A DNA stretch of 63,309 nt, counting the filler, from Conidiobolus incongruus B7586 (Eukaryota), in NCBI GenBank assembly GCA_000697335.1. It is 5 parts of 5 records of this genome, joined end to end, with 100 filler letters (N's around TTAATTAATTAA, not from the genome) between each part and the next. Parts side by side here need not be neighbours in the genome. Positions count along the whole stretch, not along the records: positions 1 to 13,745 come from JNEM01007210.1; 4 more parts are not named here. One strand, written 5' to 3'. The position numbers and the translations under genes are program-made. The notes under the pieces were generated by a model that saw only the letters and a program-made list of their open reading frames with translations, was not told where the DNA came from and made no database searches. Shown one piece after another: positions 1 to 13,845 of this stretch; positions within the stretch are counted from its first letter, which is position 1, and the number at the start of each line of letters is the position of its first letter.

Positions 1-1658
1 TTTAGATATATTTAGAAAATTATTAATAAAAATATTAACCCTTAATATCTAATTAAAATAAGTTATAAATTTGCAAGGTTTTGAGATAAAGGGATATATT
101 TAATAAAATATAACTATATCTTATTTTGCTATTTGTTATTATATTATAAAATATTTTATAGATATATTAAAATTTTCTGTCAGCATTTTTATATTTAAAT
201 CCTTTTTTAAAAAAATTCACTTATATATTAATCAACTTTATAAAAAAATAAATTAACTTATAATATTATTAAAATTACTAATACTAATCAATTTATTAAT
301 ATTAAGGTTATTAAAAATAATAATAAAAACATATTTAAACTTAAATTTAAATATATCAAAATTATGAATGAAAATAATAAGAATTATATTTATAAGTTAG
401 TTAATATAAGCAAATATAATATTATTATAAAAATATAACAAAGATTATTAAGCTATATATAAATATTAGTTAATATTGATATCATTATATATATTTTATA
501 CACTGACCTACAAAAGTGAGTCATAAAATCAAAAACACCTATATTTTTACTAATAACTTGATTAATATTTAATGAAATAAACCTAAATTAAATAATTAAA
601 ATCTATTTATTTATTATTAAATAATATACCTTAATTATATATTATAGTTTCAAGTAATCTAATATATACAATTGTTTTAGTTATTAATTAAAATATATAT
701 ATTTTTGATTTTATGACTCACTTTTGCAGGTTAGTGTATTAATATAAATATTACTTATATTTTAAGGAAAAATACACTTAATTAAAAAAATCTCATTATA
801 AAATTAAATAAAAATTGAAATATTATTATTAATATTCAATTAAAATTAATCAAAATAAGGTTATTTAATTTAATGAAACAAAAATATATTTTAGTATATT
901 TAACAAAAAGTTAAATTATTCAAAAAAAATATAAAATTATTTTATAGCTATTATGTTAATTATATTAAAAATTATAATAAAAAGTTAATTACTATTTAAA
1001 GATATATATTATTTTAAAATATAAAGTATTTTTATAAAGTTAATAAAAGAATTAATATTGAGATATATAAAAATATTTTAAATAATAATTGAAAGAAAAA
1101 TTTAATTAATATATTATATAAATTTAATATTATTTTTTGATAAAATAATAATTTTTATTCTATTATAGGTTTTATTACCAAATAACTTAAAAATAACAAA
1201 TTAATAGTTATAAAGTAGCTTTTTGAATTTTTTAACTTTAATTTGATTAAATACCTTTAAAATTAGTTAAAATTGTTATTAGAGTTTTTCCTTTAATAAA
1301 AAGTTTTTTAATTTTAAAAATATATTTAAAAGGTATAAAGCAAGATTAATCATTTTATATAAGAAATTGATTAATTTTATATCCTATAAACTTAAAAAAG
1401 TTAAAAAAGCTAAATATAAATATATCAAATTTTATTTTTTTATATTATCAAAAATCTACAAATTTATAACTCATCTTAGGTAAAATTTGAGGGTTGATAT
1501 TTTAACCAATTCATAACTAAATATCATTACTTAATGATTTATATTATTAATAAATATATATAATCTTAATTATTTAATTTTAATTTATTTTATTAAATAT
1601 TAATTTATTAATAAAAATATAAGTGTTTTTGATTTTATGACTCATTTTTATAGGTTAC

Positions 1659-1660
<2 letters not shown>
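1..1660 (+). mobile_element. Tc1-type (DD34E) DNA transposon relic with long TIRs; left end lies upstream of the window
   Basis: 1132-1260 translates IF**NNNFYSIIGFITK*LKNNKLIVIK*LFEFFNFNLIKYL*, a transition-decayed Tc1 motif FQQDND...WPxxSPDLNPIEHLW. The D position (1144) and E position (1249) have 34 codons between them. Upstream I*RYI matches xWGC. 27-90 is an imperfect inverted copy of 1441-1503. The right TIR end at ~1623-1660 matches the MITE TIR. Confidence 0.8.
501..736. mobile_element. MITE (Tc1/mariner-type, TA target duplication) nested in the Tc1 relic
   Basis: TA|CACTGACCTACAAAAGTGAGTCATAAAATCAAAAA at 499-535 and TTTTTGATTTTATGACTCACTTTTGCAGGTTAGTG|TA at 702-738 form 35-bp TIRs with 2 transitions, flanked by TA on both sides. 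Confidence 0.88.

Positions 1661-1712
<52 letters not shown>
1661..1712. repeat. (TAA)n microsatellite
   Basis: About 17 TAA units directly abut the right TIR of the Tc1 relic. Confidence 0.95.
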
Positions 1713-1713
<1 letters not shown>

Positions 1714-2275
1714 TTTAGGAAATTATGATTAATTTAGAAATAAATATTTCTGATATTAGTTGAAATTGGATTTAATTATATTCAAGTATTATAAAGTGGT
1801 GATTAAAAATTAAATATGATAAATAAAGAAATCAAATATTCATTCTATCCCATTAATAACAAAAAATTCCAAAGTGCATAATATTTAAATATGAAATAAT
1901 AATATAACTTAAGAATGAAAATAAGATTAATGTATATATTATATTGATTAAACCTTACAAAAAAATTTGTTTTATTTCAGATTTAATAAAATAGAAAAAT
2001 TAGAATTTTTAGTTAAAATGAACTTGTTAGGTATTAAATAAATTTTGAATATAAATAAATTGGGATTTAATTTGAAAATATCATGTCATTTAAAAAATGA
2101 ATCTCAATATAATCTTTATATATACAAAATTTATAAAAAACTATATATTCTTAAATTGAGATTTCTCTATAATCAATTCACATTAATTTTTTCACTAATC
2201 ACAGTAAGATTTAACATACTCTACCACATTAAGAATATCATAGTATCTAGAAAACTTAGTTTATTATGAAATATT

Positions 2276-2740
2276 TCAATATTCATGATTTTGCTGTAAA
2301 AGTGCGATTTCTTTACCATCCTGATTGACAATATGCATTTGAATGCGATATTTTACAAATGGTGGCCTTAAATAAGTTGGAACTACTCCGATTTGATCAA
2401 AAGTGGCTGGACCTGCTTTTTTTGGACAATCACCAAATTCACATAGTCCCCTATAAGCAACATTGAGTAGTAGTCCGTTGACATATGACTCATACTTAAT
2501 ATGACCGTTCTGAACAGGTTCAGTAAGGTTTCCACTAACTTTGAGGCTTTGCGGAGCCCAAATCATTCCAGGTATTAACGGTTTATCAAATGGGACCGGA
2601 AGAGTACCTGTAACTGAAACATTGTCAACTTTGAATATGGCATTGGATCTGTTACATTCAGAAATCTCGGAAACGTTAGTCTCTGGGCATTTTTCAGGGG
2701 TTTGAGCTAAGGCGAGGGCAGCAAGGAATAAGAAACGCAT
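2276..2740 (-). CDS. Secreted ML (MD-2-related lipid-recognition)/NPC2-like protein
   Basis: ATG at 2740 gives the signal peptide MRFLFLAALALAQ. Family-like motifs PLIPG, VSGNL, LCE..DCP..AGP, VP...PP..Y and NQDGKEI are present. Intronless, about 154 aa. Confidence 0.7.
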   Translation of the reverse strand: MRFLFLAALALAQTPEKCPETNVSEISECNRSNAIFKVDNVSVTGTLPVPFDKPLIPGMIWAPQSLKVSGNLTEPVQNGHIKYESYVNGLLLNVAYRGLCEFGDCPKKAGPATFDQIGVVPTYLRPPFVKYRIQMHIVNQDGKEIALLQQNHEY

Positions 2741-5700
2741 ATTAATTGAAAATTTATTCAAATTAGTTGATAATAAAATAAGTTTTCTTGAGTCTGATAT
2801 TTATATTAGTTTGAATATTTATTCCTTTGAAATTTTGAAGGCATAATTAAGGTAATTTATGTTCATATTAATTCAAAATAAAATTTTATTAAAACTGAAA
2901 TTTTTCTAATACATTAATTTGCATGGCATATTTCTTAAATTGCATAAACATTAAATTGAAAAAATTATTATATAATAAAATCCTCTTTTAGGCAAAAACA
3001 TTGGGTCAGTAATTAAAATTTAAACTTGAAATAAGGATTTTATTGTTGCAAACACTATTTGAAAATAATGTTTTAATTTTGAAAATATATTCAAATTATC
3101 CAATATTTTTAGAAGATTTATATATAATATTTGATAATGTCTTTTTACCAAATAATGTTTGATATTGAATATTGATGTTGCATAAAAACTAATTATCATT
3201 CATCATATTTGAAAATACTATTATTTTGGGATCTAAAAATCAAATTGTCATAAACAATAGTTTGAATTAATTTACCAGTATAATTGACTTATATTAATAA
3301 TTTTGAATTAAAGTTGTATGCACTTTTTCTCTAAATTAAAGGAATGCCTTATAGGATAATAATATTTAGACTATTATGCAATCAAAATTAAATTATCGTA
3401 GTTCACAATAATGTGTGAAGCTAATATCGTCATTAGAAATGATGAAAATAGAGTTATGGTGTCTAGTATGTATTAAATACATCTATTATTAAAATTACTC
3501 AATGACATTTTTGGAAAATTAAATATCTACAATTTTATTTTTATTTATTTCAATCACGGGGCAAGAATATTGTTTCCAACATTTCGAATGCTGGCGATAG
3601 CTTCAGTTAATAAATTGCATAATGATATTGCAATTTTGCTGACTTAAAAAATTTAATTTCATTTGCATAAAATGCTTGAATTTTTAAATTCTATTATTAT
3701 CATTATCAATTATATTTAAAAAATTTATTCTTTTAAGCCTTGTATTTTATAAAATTAAAATTGTTATTAATCACTTGGTCAAATAAAACATTTTTCATTA
3801 AATGTTACTATTGCTGGAGTTGAATTCAGAATATATTGGTAAATTTTGCTACAACGATATATCCAAAGATTTATAGAAAATAGATATCTCTGCCAACGTT
3901 ATATGACTCTATACTAAATAATTATACTTCAAAAGCATTATAAATTAATTAATCGGCATTAAGGTTACGATGTACCTTGCAAATTGAATTTTATCCAAAA
4001 GATTCACTTACTAATGATAATTCTTTTAAAATTCTAATTATAGCAGTTACTACTATATCTAGAAGATATGAATATATAATGATTTTGTCAAGCATAAACA
4101 TAAAACAGGCCATTATTATTAGAAAGTAAATAAAATTTGTTTATTATAAATAACAGAATATAACATGAATATTAATAATTAATATACTAATTACTTACTT
4201 GATCTAATTTTTAATCAGTTTTGGCTTATTTTTCGATAAAATTAGTTTACTTGAATAAAACAACATTTTTTAAATAAAATAAATTAACCAGGTTTCATTT
4301 TATACGATTGTTAAATCAATATTGACAATATTACATCTAATATACTAATACATATTTTTTCTTTGTATATGATCAATATCTGATATATACAAAAAATTCA
4401 TTATCTCAACTTAAAAATATAACAAATAAATATTTGGTAAAACATATAATACACTTATTTATAATATTATTTTTTATTGTTTTCATGCTAATTAACAGTT
4501 AGTTTTTCTAATCTTTTAAAAGACAAATATATACGATTTATTCATAATTTCCTTTAATCACAATAACTAATATACGTATATTATTTTATATCTAATATTA
4601 TACTATATTTTTAAATGATTATTAGTTATTTACAAAATATTTATTTAAATAGTGAATTTTGTAATAATTTATATATGTCAAAATATACTCAATTGAATAT
4701 TATTATCAAATTATTTTATACCATTCTATTATTTTCATATTATCAAGTATTATTTCATTGAAATTCATATTAAGATTAATAAATTTTCCATTAATAATTA
4801 TTAATTAGATCATTAGAAAAATAATTATATAATCTATGCATATATTTCTAATTTTAAAATTATACAAAATTGAATTATAAATTAATTTACATTAAAAATG
4901 ATTCATTAATATTTTGCAAAATATTTTTTTAGTGTTTAATAAAGTCGTTGATTAATTTTCCAATCTTTAGGTATGACGGTTATATATAAAATAATATATA
5001 GTATATTTAACAATCAAAAAATATGTTATCTCTCATTACATTATAAATTTTATTGTTATATAGAATATATGATGATAAGAAATCGACTGAATAATGGTTC
5101 TAAATATATTAAAAATATATGTAAACATTACGCCATATAAAAACATGAAATCAATTTAGAAATCTATTATCTCATTGTAAAAAATAATACTTTAACTCAT
5201 TATTATAGGATACTAAATATTCAAGTTTATTAATATTTTATCAATAACAAAATATTAATTGAATTCAATAATATTCATGTTATACTTTGCCCAAATTGAG
5301 TTTTATACAACTTGATACAAACTTCAAAGAATTTTATAAATTGGATAATGATTAAAAGTAATTCAATTGTATAGTAACATTTAATTCCATAGATTAAAAT
5401 CAATTTTATCGATATTTGAATTTTAGAGGATTAAATCAATAATAAAGTTATTAATTATTACTTTGAAATATTTGAATATTTATTCAAAACAGATGAGTTT
5501 ATAAAAGTCAAATCAAATATAAATACAATATTGGTTATATTTCTGGAACTAATGCATGCATATGGCAAAAAAGGTCAATATCTACTATAGATTATCAATA
5601 AGAGAAAAAATTACTTTACTTTGGTTTTAGATATTTACCTATAATATATTTTTAATTTCAAGTGAAAGATTATAGAATTAGAGTTAATTATTTATCACAA

Positions 5701-6513
5701 TTTACACATTATCATTTATATCTAAAGGCCATTCATAAATTCTTTTATTGATTTGTTTTATCTATTAAATTTATTTTGAGTATTATATTATTTCTAATTA
5801 CAAAATTAATGTAAGTGGGTCAAAATTCTTTTGAGATCTTGTTTAAACTCATATTTCAAAATAATATATATTTATTTCGACACAAGATATTGATTTTAAA
5901 AATATTAATAAATGCGATTATAATTGCTCGGAGATTTTAATTGACATCTGAAATTGATAAAAATTTTGGTGAGATCATAAATTTAATCAATGATTACTCA
6001 TTAAATCTCATTTCTCTTTATAATAAATATTGAGAAGGATATATTAATAATTGTTAGATAAAAATATTGCTGAATGGTGATTATTCAATAAATAAAAAAG
6101 GGTCTTTGTTAAAATCACTTTAATTTCAGATTAATTAATCTTTCAATTTGAATTTGAATTTCAATCAAATTTTCTTTCATTTATCAAATTCAATTTGAAT
6201 TGAATGGTTTAAGAAAATATTGACCAATCAAATTAAGTGACCAAAATCCCATAAAGGTAAATAATATGAATTTAAGAATGTTATATATAAACACAACACT
6301 GGATTGTAAATTAAACAAGAAATAAAATTTCATCATCAAAATCTCGAATATATTCAAAATCTAATAAATAATAATTCATTATTAATTATTAGAAATTAAT
6401 TTCATTGAATATTTTAAATTCTTGTCATTATTATATATATCAATATATATATATATATTATCTTTAGCTATTTATTTTGTACTTTGTTCGCTCTATAATT
6501 GTATATTATTAAT

Positions 6514-9500
6514 ATGAATTCTGGTATATATTTTTCAAAACATATCATTTCGAAATTTTCAATATTAATATATCTCTTTTAATAGGAACTGGCTTTAGCT
6601 TCGGGTCTTCCAATACAGGTAATTTTGTTCTTTATTCATTCTTTAGTTCAATTATTAACGTGTCTATCAGGAAATAACCCTTGGGGATCTAATCAAAATA
6701 GCAATAGCACCTTCGGCTTTGGAGCTAATAACAACCAGTCAAGTGGCTTCGGAGGTTTTGGCTCTAACAACAATGCCAACACTGGTGGTGGCCTATTTGG
6801 TCAATCTAATAATACTGGTGGTGGTTTCGGTCAATCCAACAACTCTGGTTTTGGTGGAGGTTTTGGAAGTAATAGCAACAACCAATCCAGTGGTTTTGGA
6901 GGCTTCGGCTCTAACGCTAATAATACTGGCGGTATGTTTGGCCAATCTAATAACACTGGTGGTTTTGGTCAATCCAACACTAATACTGGTGGTTTTGGAT
7001 TTGGCAATACTAACACTAACAACGCCTTTGGTTCTTCAAATACTGGGGGATTTGCTCAATCCAATACTAACACTGGTGGATTTGGATTCGGTAACACTAA
7101 TACTAACAATGCCTTTGGCTCTTCTAATACTGGTGGTTTTGGTAAGTTTTATGCTTAATTATTATCTTTATATTAATATATTAATAATTTATTTTAGGTC
7201 AATCCAACACCGGAGGATTTGGTCAGTCCAATAATACTAGTGGTTTTGGTGGCTTTGGAAGTTCTAACACTGGATCAATGTTTGGGGGTGCTTCTGGAAC
7301 ACAAGGTGGTTCTATTGAACTTGGTACGGGTCATACTCCCTTCAAAGTCACTAATGACAAAGATGCTAGCAACAACCCTATCGTTCTCCAAAGCATTTCA
7401 TTAATGCCCGCATATAAAGGTTTTAACTTTGAAGAATTGCGTTGGCAAGATTATCAACGTGGAAGAAGATTACCTGAAGCTCCTGGTCGTATTCCTAACC
7501 AATACCCTGAACCTACGGGTATGTTCGCTGGTGCTACTAATAATCACGGTAGGTCTATTTTAATATAATATATATTTAGATATAATATACTAACTGTTTC
7601 TTAGCTTTCAATAACGTCCTTCCTCCCGGCACTACTGCTGCTCCTTCTAACGCTAGTACTGGATTTGGCTTTGGAAACACTAATACATCTACCAATACTG
7701 GTTTTGGAAACACCGGTGGATTTGGCCAAACCAATACTAATACTGGTTTCGGATCTAATACTAACACTGGCTTTGGCAATACTGGTGGATTTGGTCAAAC
7801 CAATACCTCCAATACTGGCTTTGGATTTGGCCAGAGCAATCAAAATCAATCCTCTGGATTTGGTAACACTGGTGGGTTCGGCTCCAGTACTTTCGGTAAT
7901 AACAACCAAAACAAGACCGGATTATTTGGATCTAACACTGGTACTTCTACTGGCTTTGGATTTGGCAGTACTAACACTAATACCAACCAATCTGGTGGAT
8001 TATTTGGTAATAGTAATCAACAAAATACTAGCACTGGATTTGGATTTGGTAATAATAACACTAATACTGGCTTCGGTACTTCTACAAGCACTGGTTTCGG
8101 TAACAATACTACCACCACTAGCACTGGCTTTGGATTCGGAAATAATAGCAATACCAACACTGGAACATCGACTGGTTTCGGAACTGGTGGTAATACTGGC
8201 GGATTTGGATTTGGTAACAATACCAATACTAATACTGGAACCACTGGTACTGGTTTTGGTACCGGTTTAAACACTAATACCACTGGTACATCATTGTTCG
8301 GAAATGCTGGTACCAACAATACCACTGGTACCACTGGTGGTTTTGGATTTGGAACTAACAATACCGCTGGTACTAACACTACTGGCACCAGCTTATTTGG
8401 AAATAATGCTGCTAAGCCCACCTTTGGTACAGGATTTGGCTCCACTTCTACTGCCACTTCCACTGGTGGTGGTTTATTTGGAAACACTGCCAATACCGGT
8501 ACTACTGGTACTTCACTCTTTGGTAACAATGCTGCTAAGCCTGCTACTTCCTTCTCATTTGGCTCTACTAATAATAATGCCACTGGATCTTTGTTTGGTG
8601 GTAATACCTCTACCTCTACTTTTGGCACTACTCAGCCCACTTCTACATTTGGAACATCTACATTTGGCTCCCCCCAACCTGCCACTACATCTCTTTTTGG
8701 AAGCAACACTCTTGGTGGTGCCGCTGTTAACAATGCCGCTCCAATTGTTGCTCAAGTTGATAAAGATATTTATGGCTCTAACCTAGCAACTCCAGAAACT
8801 GTTGCTACTATTTTCAATTCTAAAATCACTCCTTCTGAGAAGAAGAATATTCCTCTTGCTACTCCCGTGGATTCTAAGCCTGCAGCCAAGGATTATCAGC
8901 CTTCTAATTCTACAGCTCGATTTCTTCCTTATAGAAGACCAGTACCCAGTGTCAATTTACCTGCTTCTTTCATTCCTCTTACTCAAGCTCCTGTACCTAT
9001 CTCCAAGCGTCCTTCTATTGCACCAGTCTCTAAAGTTTATGGCAAAGGAATTATGCCTAGTTATAGTGAATTAAGACCCGTCAATCGTCCTTACTTCGCC
9101 ACAAGATTTTCACTAAAGAAAGATGTCATTGAAGCTAGTGGTATTTTCAATGACAGTCGCAACTTCTTCGCTGCTTCTGTGAGTGTCAAAACTTCTGATG
9201 ATGCCAGCAAGAAACCTGAAACATCTTCCACCAAATCAACAGAAACCAAACTTACTCAAACTTCTGGAGCGGAAAACGACACTACACCTACTTTGAATGG
9301 TAAAGTTTCTCCTACTCCCGTTAATGCCACCACCACTACCACCACTACCACTTCCACAGAATCCAATGAAAGTAAGTATTATACCGTTCCTGAAATGAAG
9401 GAACTCCATAAAATGAGTGAAGAAGAATTATCCAGTCTTAAAAACTTCAAAGCTGGTCATCGTGATTTTGGTGAAATTGAATTCCTTCAAGAAGTTGATT

Positions 9501-12336
9501 TATCTCAACTCAGTTTGAGTGCCCTCTTAGGTGATATTATTACTTTCAAACAAGATAGGTGTACTGTCTACCCAGATAAATCTAACAAACCCCCTATGGG
9601 TTCGGGCCTCAACGTTCCAGCCAAGATCTCTCTCTATAACTGCTTCCCCGAGCCTGACTCAGACTCACCCGCTGGTCAATACAGCGAAGAAACTCAAATG
9701 AAATTTGTCAAGCAATTGCAAATCGCTCCTGATACCGAGTTCATCGACTACGACAAGGTCACTGGCAAATGGACCTTTAAAGTTGCTCATTTCAGCACTT
9801 ATGGTGTTCCTACTATGTCCAATGGCTCTGATGAAGAAACCTTATCAGACTCCACTGAGACTGAATTAACTGTTAACCACTCTGCATCTCAAACACATGC
9901 TGATTCACAGGTGAGTCAATTTTAAAAGAATTAAAATATTTTTGATATTTCCCTTTCATTTGCTATTCCCTATATTCCATATACTATCTCCCAATAAATA
10001 TATACTTCCTATTCGTTTAATCCTTCAATTTTCTCCCTATTCATTATAGGTTCTTTCTACATATTTTCTTTTTCATTTTCTAATATTATTTTGATATTTT
10101 AAGGGGGACCAATTGCCTGTTGGCCATTCTCCGCCATTTTTGCCTTCTAATATTCCAACTCCTAAGCGACAAAACACAGGCTCTCCTTTTCGCTCTTCCA
10201 ATCCTCAGCACTTGTATTTTGCTAGTATTGAATTAGGCCTCCGAAAAAGTTTTCGTGTTGGTTGGGGTCCCAACAATTCTATAGTCTTTACAAATGGCTA
10301 CAATATCAACGTTGACCAACAACCTGTCAAATCTCATAATGTCACTATTATACACAATGCTTTTTCAGTTCCTCACAATACTGACCACAGTTTTCCAACT
10401 TCTGCATTAGATGAATCCCTCCAAATTACTTTTAATAACTGTATCACAGAAGTTGAAAATGAAATTCCATACATTAAACCAAGTAGCTTTTTGGGATTTG
10501 ATACCTATTTGCACGCACTTGAAGAAGGTCCACTCAAAGGATGTATGGAGCAGGAACGTAACATCTGGAGTCTCAGTGGTCAGCTTTGGGGTAGTAAATT
10601 GGACGACAAGGGCGACGATATGATGTCAGAAGATGATGAGGAGAGTGAAGATTTCCACTCAAGTAATTTATAATATATAGAACATTTAATGTAAATTTAC
10701 TAAATCTCATTTAGTCAATAGACACAATCGCGAATTTGAAAGATTGGCCCTAAAACAAAAGATCTCTGAGTGGTGGGCACAGCTAGTTCAACCTATCGTT
10801 CAGCAATGCGCCAAATCTGCTCAGTTAAATCGTGCGGACCCTCTTGACCTCATCTGGATCCACCTTTCAGGACATAATCTCGAGGATGCTAGTGATCTTG
10901 CTTTTGATACTGACAACCCCAGATTAGCTTCATTATTAATTCAATGCGGTGGAGAACGAGAATTCCGCGAATACATTAGAATGCAAATAGAAAGCTGGCA
11001 CAAAGAAAAGTGCCTGGAGTTCATCGAACCCAAACGCCGTAAAATCTACGAACTTTTGCAGGGCAATATGGGTCCGTACAAACTTCCTAGTGGACATTGG
11101 GACGAAATCTGCCATAATCTGGATTGGCGTCGCGCTTTCGGCATGTTTTTATGGTATATTGGTTTATATGAGAGTGATCTCAAAAAGTGTATTGGTTATT
11201 ATGATAAAAGCGTAAATAGATGGTTGTCTCAAAAGGAGGAAGAGGGTGTGTCTTGTGTGGGTATGAAGCAGTCATTACCGTTCCCTTGGTATGATACTCT
11301 ATCTTCATTTATGTACAAAAATAAGAATCACTATGATATACTTTACCATATGCTTCATCTCAGTACAAATACCAGTTATTCGCTCGAAAAATTACTCCAT
11401 CCTCTTGGTATCTCTTCAAATCCCTTAGATTTCAGGCTCTCATGGCAGCTTGCTCTTATCTTTACAGAACAAATTGGAATTGGAACTTTCACATCTGAAG
11501 CGAACCCTGCATTTTGTATGGATCGAATTACTATCTTATTTATCAATCAGCTGTTAGGTTTGAAAATGTGGCGATGGGCTATATTTGTAAGTTGCTTCCT
11601 ATCTAATCCTAAATGTCGTGCTTATATGATTCGGGATATTCTCTCCAGACATATTGAACCTGAAGTAGATCATGAACTCCAACTGATTCTTCAAAACGAT
11701 ATTCAAGATTCCAACACTAATGATGTAGTTGTGTCCCTCCGTGAACTTAGAATCCCATCGAGATGGATTGAGGACAGCTTAGCCAATTTGTATGCTTACC
11801 AAGGAAGATTCCGCGACGAGCTTTCTCTTCTAGTTAAAGTGAAAAAGTATGAAAAAGCTCATCTTCTATTCCTCACCAAACTTGGTCCTCACATGCTCAT
11901 GAATCGCGCATATGACGAAATGGCCACTCTTCTCAAAGACTTCCCACCCAAAAAAGTTAAACGTTGGGATTATGGAGGCAAGTTCTATCTGCGCCTATCT
12001 CAGCTGATGCTTCAACTCAACACTATCAATCTACACTCAGATCAACAAGATATCCAAACTATTGTCGACCTTGAAACCCACCTCCAACTCCTCATTGCAG
12101 ATCTCAATAATCTCGAAACCAACACAGGATACACCACCAACGCACGTCCTGAAATCGAAGCCAAATTAAGAGCTAGGATGGTAGACCAAATAGTAGACGC
12201 TCTCACAGCACTTCGCAAATCACACGACCTTAGCCATCAAAATCAAATTTCTCATCAAACTCCAATCAATCTGAGTAGAAGTCGACGAATCGATCAAGCA
12301 TTGGAATTAGGAAGAGATTTCTTTAAAGATAACTGA
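6514..12336 (+). CDS. NUP98: Nup98-Nup96 nucleoporin precursor (multi-exon)
   Basis: ATG at 6514 with short GT-AG introns (6524-6585, 6619-6670, 7142-7197 and others). N/T-rich FG repeats, a GLEBS motif ([22 protein letters not shown]), and an autopeptidase domain with the HF|S cleavage site at 9788-9796. The Nup96 part contains SFRVGWGPN and [13 protein letters not shown]. Stop at 12334-12336. Confidence 0.95.
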
Positions 12337-13018
12337 TTTATTATATTAATAGTAGTATTTTTTGATTTAAATTTGTTTTGTAAAAAATCATATAATAATA
12401 TTATTAATAATATTTCCATTAATATTTGTTTTAACATTAACCCCTTCAATTATTAAGATGACACTTATCCTATATTTTTATTTGATTTTATGAATTTGAA
12501 AATATAATTTTATTTTTAAATATTGTATTTTATTGAATAATTGGTATTGGAATGGCTTATTTAATCAATAATAGTGTTTATTATATTGAATTGAAAAATA
12601 TATTGACTTGATTAAATGAATATTATTTTTTGAAGTTTTATAAATATTTTCATATTACCAAAAATATGGAAATCAAATTATGTATTATTGTGTTGTATAT
12701 ATTTCAGATGCAACAAAAGATATAAAAACTTGAAATCATATTAAAATATAATAATCATAATTTTTCAAAAATAATATAGATTAAGATATTCTTAATATTT
12801 ATTAATTAATTTTTAATTAAATTATATCATTATTAAACGTAATAATCTTTTTTATAATAGCCTCAATATTTTTAATTTATTTTCAATTGACCATTGGAGA
12901 AAAATCATGCAAAAATTCAGTTTCCAAGATAATCCAATTTCAAACCAATCAATTTGCAATATATATATTTTATATTAATATTCTATAATAATCAAGATAT
13001 AATAAATATATGTTATTA

Positions 13019-13745
13019 TTTTGTAATTTAAATAATGGGAATTTTTTGTAATTGAAAAAAATAAACATTTTAATATATAAAATATAAAATATAATATAAA
13101 ATTAATAATTACTTTTATCTTTAATATCTTTTTGCTATATTTTTAGCAAAGTTCAAGCATTTCAAAATAATTTTTTTAATAAAAACTAAAATTTTATATT
13201 TCACAAATTAATTAAATTTTGCTAAAAAAATTATCTTTCCTGAAAGTTAGTTTTATAATTACCTAAAACAATTATAATTATATATATTATAATCTAAAAA
13301 TATACTAAATATAGTAGTTTTTTCTAGTTATTTTTCATTAAAAAATATTTTATAACTTTATAATTATCATGTAAAACAATTGGTTTTTTAAAATTATATT
13401 AAAAATACCAATTAAAAATAGTTTTATTTAAAATAATATTAAGCTTACTATTCATTAATTTTTTTTAAAAATTAAATAAAAATAGCATATACTATTATTG
13501 TTTATTATGATAATTAATATTTACTTATTAATAAAATATTTATTTAAAGGAATTTATAAAAAGAGTTAGTTTAATTTAATTTAACACTATGATTCATATT
13601 TTGATAAAAATTTATACAAAATGATTTAAAATTCATTAATTATAATAATTTATTATAAAAGCTTTAGTTTTTAACTCTATTTTAATAAATATTATTTAAT
13701 AATACCTATTTTTACTTTTGTTAAGCTTTAGTTAAATTATAAGAT
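13019..13745 (-). mobile_element. Mariner relic, copy 2 (3' half plus TIR; cut by scaffold gap)
   Basis: The reverse complement aligns collinearly with about 56210-56968, including the terminal AATAATGGGAATTTTTTG. It is more heavily A/T-shifted than copy 1. Confidence 0.85.
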
Positions 13746-13845
13746 NNNNNNNNNNNNNNNNNNNNNNNNNNNNNNNNNNNNNNNNNNNNTTAATTAATTA
13801 ANNNNNNNNNNNNNNNNNNNNNNNNNNNNNNNNNNNNNNNNNNNN
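13746..13845. other. Scaffold gap with artificial linker
   Basis: N-run containing TTAATTAATTAA, which has stops in all frames. The same structure occurs at 18605-18704, 31619-31718 and 62056-62155. Confidence 0.95.

Noticed and set aside
2045..2269. Small AT-rich ORFs (also 24454-24675, 27630-27866, 36836-37018, 40631-40870)
   Set aside because: I/K/N/Y/F-biased translations expected by chance in very AT-rich DNA, with no motifs. The last one is antisense to the PIF transposase relic.
6719..9074. Many long overlapping ORFs (L/V/I-rich or P/V/K-rich) on both strands
   Set aside because: These are alternative-frame and antisense shadows of the low-complexity FG repeats of NUP98.
13790..13801. 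Identical TTAATTAATTAA motif recurring four times inside N-runs
   Set aside because: Artificial six-frame-stop scaffolding linker, not biological. Adjacency across these gaps is also uncertain.
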